From a bacterium (lineage in GTDB: Bacteria > UBA8248 > JACPRG01 > G963555815), in NCBI GenBank assembly GCA_965218795.1, contig OZ244653.1:4256001-4320000 (forward strand): a DNA stretch of 64,000 bases, written 5' to 3'. The notes below the pieces were generated by a model. That model saw only the letters and a list, made by a program, of their open reading frames with translations, made no database searches and was not told where the DNA came from. How positions within the stretch are numbered: the first letter of the stretch is position 1; the number at the start of each line of letters is the position of its first letter. Shown in pieces: positions 59,544 to 64,000 of the stretch. The translations under genes and the position numbers were made by a program.

Positions 59544-59668
59544 GATGCGAATCCTTCTTGAGACTAACCTCGGTGAAAGGAGACCCGGACCGCCTCAAGA
59601 TCACGACGCCGGCATTCCATCCCGTATCCTTCGGCGGGGAATTCTCCGAATCGGAGCGCTCCATGATT

Positions 59669-60779
59669 TTATTCATCGCTCTCCTGATATTCCATCAGGA
59701 AGGCTTCCATGAGCTTGTCCAGGTCGCCATCCAAAACGGCGTCCACGTTGCCGACTTCGGTGTTCGTCCGGTGGTCCTTGACCATCCGGTAAGGGTGAAG
59801 GACGTAGGATCGAATCTGACTGCCGAAGGCGATTTGCTTCTTCCCGCTGTGGATCACTTCGAGCTCTTCTTCCTTTTTTTGCCGCTCCAGATCGAACAGC
59901 CTGACGCGGAGCACCTTCATCGCCATCGATTTGTTTTTGTGCTGGGACCGTTCGTTCTGACAGGAGACGACGATTCCGGAGGGGAGGTGCGTGATGCGTA
60001 CGGCCGAATCGGTGACGTTGACGTGCTGGCCGCCGGCGCCGCTGCTTCGGTAGGTGTCGATCTTCAGATCCGTTTCGTTGATATCGATTTTGATATCGTC
60101 GGAGACCTCGGGGTAGACGAACACCGAAGCGAAGGAGGTGTGCCTTCGACTGGATGCATCAAAGGGCGAGATGCGGACCAAGCGGTGAACGCCGATCTCC
60201 GAGCGAAGGTAGCCGTACGCGTAAGCGCCGTTGACCTCGAAGGTCGCGCTCTTGATACCGGCTTCCTCGGCCGTCAGCAGATCCAGGGTTTCAGACTTGA
60301 AGTTCCGGCGCTCGGCCCATCGCAGGTACATCCGCATGAGCATCTGCGCCCAGTCCTGGGATTCGGTGCCGCCCGCTCCGGCGTTGATGTGAACGATGGC
60401 GTTGCCCTCATCGTGTTCCCCGCTCAACATCAGGCGAAATTCGATTTTCACGAGGTCTTCGGCGAGGGATTCCACCTCCTTTTCGATCTCGGCTATCTCG
60501 TTGGAAGCGTCCTCTTCCTCCGCCAAGATTTCCACCAGCTCCCCCGCGTCGGTCAGACGCTGGCTGAGAGATTTCCATTCGTCGATTCCACCCGCCACCG
60601 TGGCGCGGCGTTGGAGGGACCGTTGGGCCGAATCCGGGTCGTCCCAAAATCCCTCCTGGCTGATTTGCTTGTTCAGCTTCTCGAGCTCTTGTTCTTTGGA
60701 GGCCAGGTCAAAGACGACCTCGAACGGCTTGGAGGCGGCTGGCGATGTCTTCCAGTTGGGTCTTGATCTCGACGATCAT
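59669..60779 (-). CDS. prfB: Peptide chain release factor 2, programmed +1 frameshift, about 369 aa
   Basis: GGAGG RBS, ATG 60779, 23 codons to CTT TGA C (60713-60707), then +1 frame with SPF and GGQ motifs. Confidence 0.97.
60707..60722 (-). promoter_or_regulatory. prfB +1 frameshift cassette
   Basis: GAGGT internal SD, 3-nt spacer, CTTTGAC. Confidence 0.95.
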
Positions 60780-60836
60780 GATGGATCCTCCAAATGAACG
60801 GCAGTTCCTGCTTTCAAAAATGATGGCCGGATGATC

Positions 60837-62492
60837 TCATCCGGTATTCGGTCGGCCACCGGTCCTCCCGTGGGTCCTCCACCTCCAGCCCAACCCCAGA
60901 AGGGTAACGGCCGCGCAGAGAAATGCGAAGATGTCCCCGTACCGTGCATAAAAAGAAAGTCCCTTCAATCCGGGGGCGCCGGGTTGGACCGCGGTCACCA
61001 CGCCGGTCCGGACAAACAGCACCGTCGCGTCCCGGATCCGTCCGGTTGCCTCGACCACCCCCGTAATTCCCGTATTCGCGGCCCGGATCAACGGAACACG
61101 ATTTTCCACCGCGCGGACGGCCGCAATGGCCATGTGCTGAAACGGCGCCGCGCTGCGGCCAAACCAGGCGTCGTTGGTGATGTTGACCAGCATACGCGCC
61201 CCGTCCCGGACGAACCGGCGCACCTCCTCCGCAAAAATCACCTCATAACAAATCAGAACGCTGAAGGGCGCCTTGGCGTGGCGAAACACTGTCAGGCGGT
61301 CCCCGGCCTCGAAGTCGCCGATGCCCGAGACCATCTTTCGGATGAACGGGAAAAACCGCTTGAGCGGAACAAACTCCCCGTACGGCACAAGATGCATCTT
61401 GTCATATCGGCCGTCCACCTTCTTTTCCGGGGTCACCTGAAAGGCGCTGTTCTGGAGACGATATTCCCGGTCGCGGACCACAGTCGAAAGGACCCCCACG
61501 AGCAAAGGGGCCTTCACGTCCGCCGATAGGTCCAGGAGCATCTGCCGGTAGGCCCTGTCCCGGAAGAAGAAGAACGGGGCCGCGGTCTCCGGCCAAACGA
61601 TCAGGTCCGGCTTCTTCCGCGCGGTTCGATAGGTCAGAGCCCGGTACACGTCGAGCGTCTTGCGTCTGAACGATTCGTCCCACTTCTGATCCTGAGGGAT
61701 GTTGCCCTGGAGCAAAGCCACCCGAACGGCCCGCTCCGGATTGTCTTCCGCGAATGAACTGAAGGTTTCGAGACGAGCGCGCCCGTACAGCAGAACCGCG
61801 GCCATGAGAACGGCGGTCCCGATGAGCGCCCAGCGGGAGAGCCGGGTGTCCGATTTCGAACCGCCGGGGAGATATCTGCGAAGGACGGCCCAGAGCGTCG
61901 CGTTCACCAGAACCACCAGAAAGCTCACACCGTAGAATCCCGTTATGTCCGAGATCTGAAGCACCGAAAGCCAGCGGTATTGCGAATACCCCAGGGAGGC
62001 CCAGGGGAAGCCCGTGAACAGATACGAGCGCCCAAGCTCCAGGGCGACCCAGAGGAACGGCGCCGCGACCCATCGAAGGCCGGCATCCTTTCGGCCAATA
62101 TGGCAGATCAGCGCGCAAAAGGCCCCGACAAAAAGACTCATGTAGGCGGCCAGCATGAGCATCACGAGCGAAGCGACAGGGATCGGCAGACCCCCGAACC
62201 GCGTCATGGTGATCGTGACCCAGGAGAGAATGCCCGCGTACCCGATCAGCCCGCATAGCTCCCCCAGCCAGAAGGCGCGCCTTGGGGAAGCGCCCTCTAT
62301 CGCCGCCAGTAGGGGGATCAGGGCGACCCAGGCGAGGGCCGTCAGGTCGAATCTGGGGAAACAGAAGATCAGGAGAATTCCGGAGAGGACGGCCGAGACG
62401 ACCCTCCGCCGCCGCCGGACACCGCGGATCAAACCGACCCGGCGGTCCTTGGAATCGGGCGCCTTGACTGCGGGGTTTGCCGATGGACTCAT
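60837..62492 (-). CDS. lnt: Apolipoprotein N-acyltransferase
   Basis: GFPW, QGNI, WPE, YDKMHLVPYGE, ICYE, NDAWF, RAANTG. Confidence 0.96.
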   Translation of the reverse strand: MSPSANPAVKAPDSKDRRVGLIRGVRRRRRVVSAVLSGILLIFCFPRFDLTALAWVALIPLLAAIEGASPRRAFWLGELCGLIGYAGILSWVTITMTRFGGLPIPVASLVMLMLAAYMSLFVGAFCALICHIGRKDAGLRWVAAPFLWVALELGRSYLFTGFPWASLGYSQYRWLSVLQISDITGFYGVSFLVVLVNATLWAVLRRYLPGGSKSDTRLSRWALIGTAVLMAAVLLYGRARLETFSSFAEDNPERAVRVALLQGNIPQDQKWDESFRRKTLDVYRALTYRTARKKPDLIVWPETAAPFFFFRDRAYRQMLLDLSADVKAPLLVGVLSTVVRDREYRLQNSAFQVTPEKKVDGRYDKMHLVPYGEFVPLKRFFPFIRKMVSGIGDFEAGDRLTVFRHAKAPFSVLICYEVIFAEEVRRFVRDGARMLVNITNDAWFGRSAAPFQHMAIAAVRAVENRVPLIRAANTGITGVVEATGRIRDATVLFVRTGVVTAVQPGAPGLKGLSFYARYGDIFAFLCAAVTLLGLGWRWRTHGRTGGRPNTG

Positions 62493-64000
62493 TCAGGACG
62501 ACGGCCTTCCGATTCCACCGGTTCATCCGCCTCGATCGGAGGTTCCACGGCGGCCGAATCCGACTCCGGGGAGGGCAGGTTGTCCATCGCCCTTTCTTTG
62601 ACCGACCGGGCCAGCGTCTCGTTCATGTGCGGAATTCCCGCGAGCTGCTCGATACCGGCTTCACGAATCTGGTCGATACTCCCGAAGTAGCGCAGGAGGG
62701 AGCGCCGCCGGGCCGGGCCGATCCCTTCGACTTCGTCGAGGATGGAGCGCAGGCGCTCTTTGCCGCGCCGCTTCCGGTGAAACTGGATGGCGAAGCGATG
62801 GGTCTCGTCCCGGACGCGTTGGAGGAGATACCGGACGGGGGAGTCCGGCAGAAGCGGAATGGGGTCCGGGTGATCAGGGAGGAATATCATGTCGTTTCGA
62901 CCCCGCCGATCGCCTCCCTTGGCCATCGCGATGACCGGCAGCCGCTGAAGGGCCAGTTCCTCCAGCACCCGGAGCGCCACGTTCAGCTGGCCTTTCCCTC
63001 CATCCACCAGGATGAGGCTCGGCCACGGTCCGCCTTCGGCCAGAGCCCGGCGGAACCTCCGTTCCAGGACTTCGGCCATCATGGCGTAATCGTCCGGGGC
63101 GTTTTGGCTCTGAATGATGTAACGCCGGTATTCGTCTTTCTCGGGCTTTCCATCGCGGAAGACCACCATGCACGCGACCGCGTCCGTGCCCTGCAGGTTG
63201 GAAATATCAAACGCCTCGATGCGGCGCGGGAGCTCCGCAAGGCGGAGGACGTCCCGAAGCTCGCTCAGCAATTCCTCACCCGCCGGACCCTCCACTTCGG
63301 GATTTTCGAGAAAGTGCCGGGCGTTGTCCGAGGCCATGCGGACAAGACGGGCCTTGTCCCCCCGCTGCGGAACAGTCAGAACCACCCGCTTGCCGCGGAG
63401 GGTCGTCAGCCAATCGCCGATGAGGCCCGAATCCTCGATGGGGAACGGCAACAGAACCTCCCGGGGAATAAAGGCGCCCCGGGCGTAATATTGCTTGAGA
63501 AAGGATTCCACCAGGTCCGCGTCCGGCTCCGGGGCGGGGAACTTGAAGTCATACCCCTTGTCGCCCAGAACCTTTCCTCCGCGAACAAAGAAGACGTGGA
63601 TCCGCGCGCGGTCTCCGAACCGGTGGAGCCCGATCACGTCCTGGTCTCCCAGATCCGTCGATACGATCCGCTGCCGCTGGAGGCTCCGCTCCACAGAACG
63701 GATCTGGTCCCGGTACATCGCGGCCTGCTCGTAGCGAAGCTCCTCCGAAGCGGATCGCATTCTCTCTTCCAGGTTGTGGACCAGCTCCTGGTCGCGGCCT
63801 TTCAGGAACAGGCCCACGCGCTCCACCAGGGCGTCATACTCCCCGGAGGTACAGTAGCCGACACACGGCGCGATGCAGCGCTTCATCTCGTATTCCAGGC
63901 ATGGGCGGTCGCGCCGGCCGTCCATCGGCTCCTCGCAGGAACGGATGGGAAAGACCTTATGGATCGTCCGCAGGGTCCGCCGAATGGATTTGGCCGAAAC
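62489..64000 (-). CDS. uvrC: Excinuclease ABC subunit C (5'-partial)
   Basis: RPCL...CIAPC, IEAFDISN, DDYAMM, DGGKGQL, RDETHRFA, HhH GIG; frame runs off right edge. Confidence 0.96.
   Translation of the reverse strand, partial: VSAKSIRRTLRTIHKVFPIRSCEEPMDGRRDRPCLEYEMKRCIAPCVGYCTSGEYDALVERVGLFLKGRDQELVHNLEERMRSASEELRYEQAAMYRDQIRSVERSLQRQRIVSTDLGDQDVIGLHRFGDRARIHVFFVRGGKVLGDKGYDFKFPAPEPDADLVESFLKQYYARGAFIPREVLLPFPIEDSGLIGDWLTTLRGKRVVLTVPQRGDKARLVRMASDNARHFLENPEVEGPAGEELLSELRDVLRLAELPRRIEAFDISNLQGTDAVACMVVFRDGKPEKDEYRRYIIQSQNAPDDYAMMAEVLERRFRRALAEGGPWPSLILVDGGKGQLNVALRVLEELALQRLPVIAMAKGGDRRGRNDMIFLPDHPDPIPLLPDSPVRYLLQRVRDETHRFAIQFHRKRRGKERLRSILDEVEGIGPARRRSLLRYFGSIDQIREAGIEQLAGIPHMNETLARSVKERAMDNLPSPESDSAAVEPPIEADEPVESEGRRPE

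Noticed and set aside
60708-60710. Second selenocysteine TGA in prfB
   Set aside because: It is the canonical CTT-TGA-C frameshift site; coding continues in the +1 frame.
1-64000. tRNA, rRNA, selC or intact IS elements
   Set aside because: None recognised by eye; the Sec machinery, if present, lies outside this window.

Overview
GC-rich diderm bacterial chromosome segment; the gene order loosely resembles Nitrospirota/Nitrospinota-like lineages (inference only). About 90% is core cell-envelope machinery, nearly all on the minus strand. It holds a dcw cluster (mraZ to ftsZ, no ddl), an LPS core/heptose/msbA operon with several eroded genes, plus-strand lptFG, and a uvrC-lnt-prfB-lysS-lolCE-lolD-clpC-bamA-skp-lpxD-fabZ-lpxA-(gnnA-like)-lpxI-lpxB-(DUF374)-waaA-lpxK run. 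The first 4.7 kb is accessory: a lower-GC PD-(D/E)xK-like gene running off the left edge, a tyrosine-recombinase remnant, a cluster of nested REP-like palindromes, and the best finding. That finding is an AhpD/CMD-like gene (1475-2110) that the ORF track splits at an in-frame TGA. The TGA sits in a CxxU motif (CNYU) and is followed by a bacterial SECIS-like hairpin, so it probably encodes a selenoprotein. It is followed directly by a paralogue in which CNYU is replaced by DTYF, then a DUF1989 gene and convergent SDR genes lacking the catalytic Lys. Other signals: the prfB +1 frameshift, a gmhB crippled by an in-frame deletion, and a carbamoyltransferase whose large deletion was brought back into frame by a 2-nt insertion. 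All assignments come from motif recognition by eye; no database searches were run.
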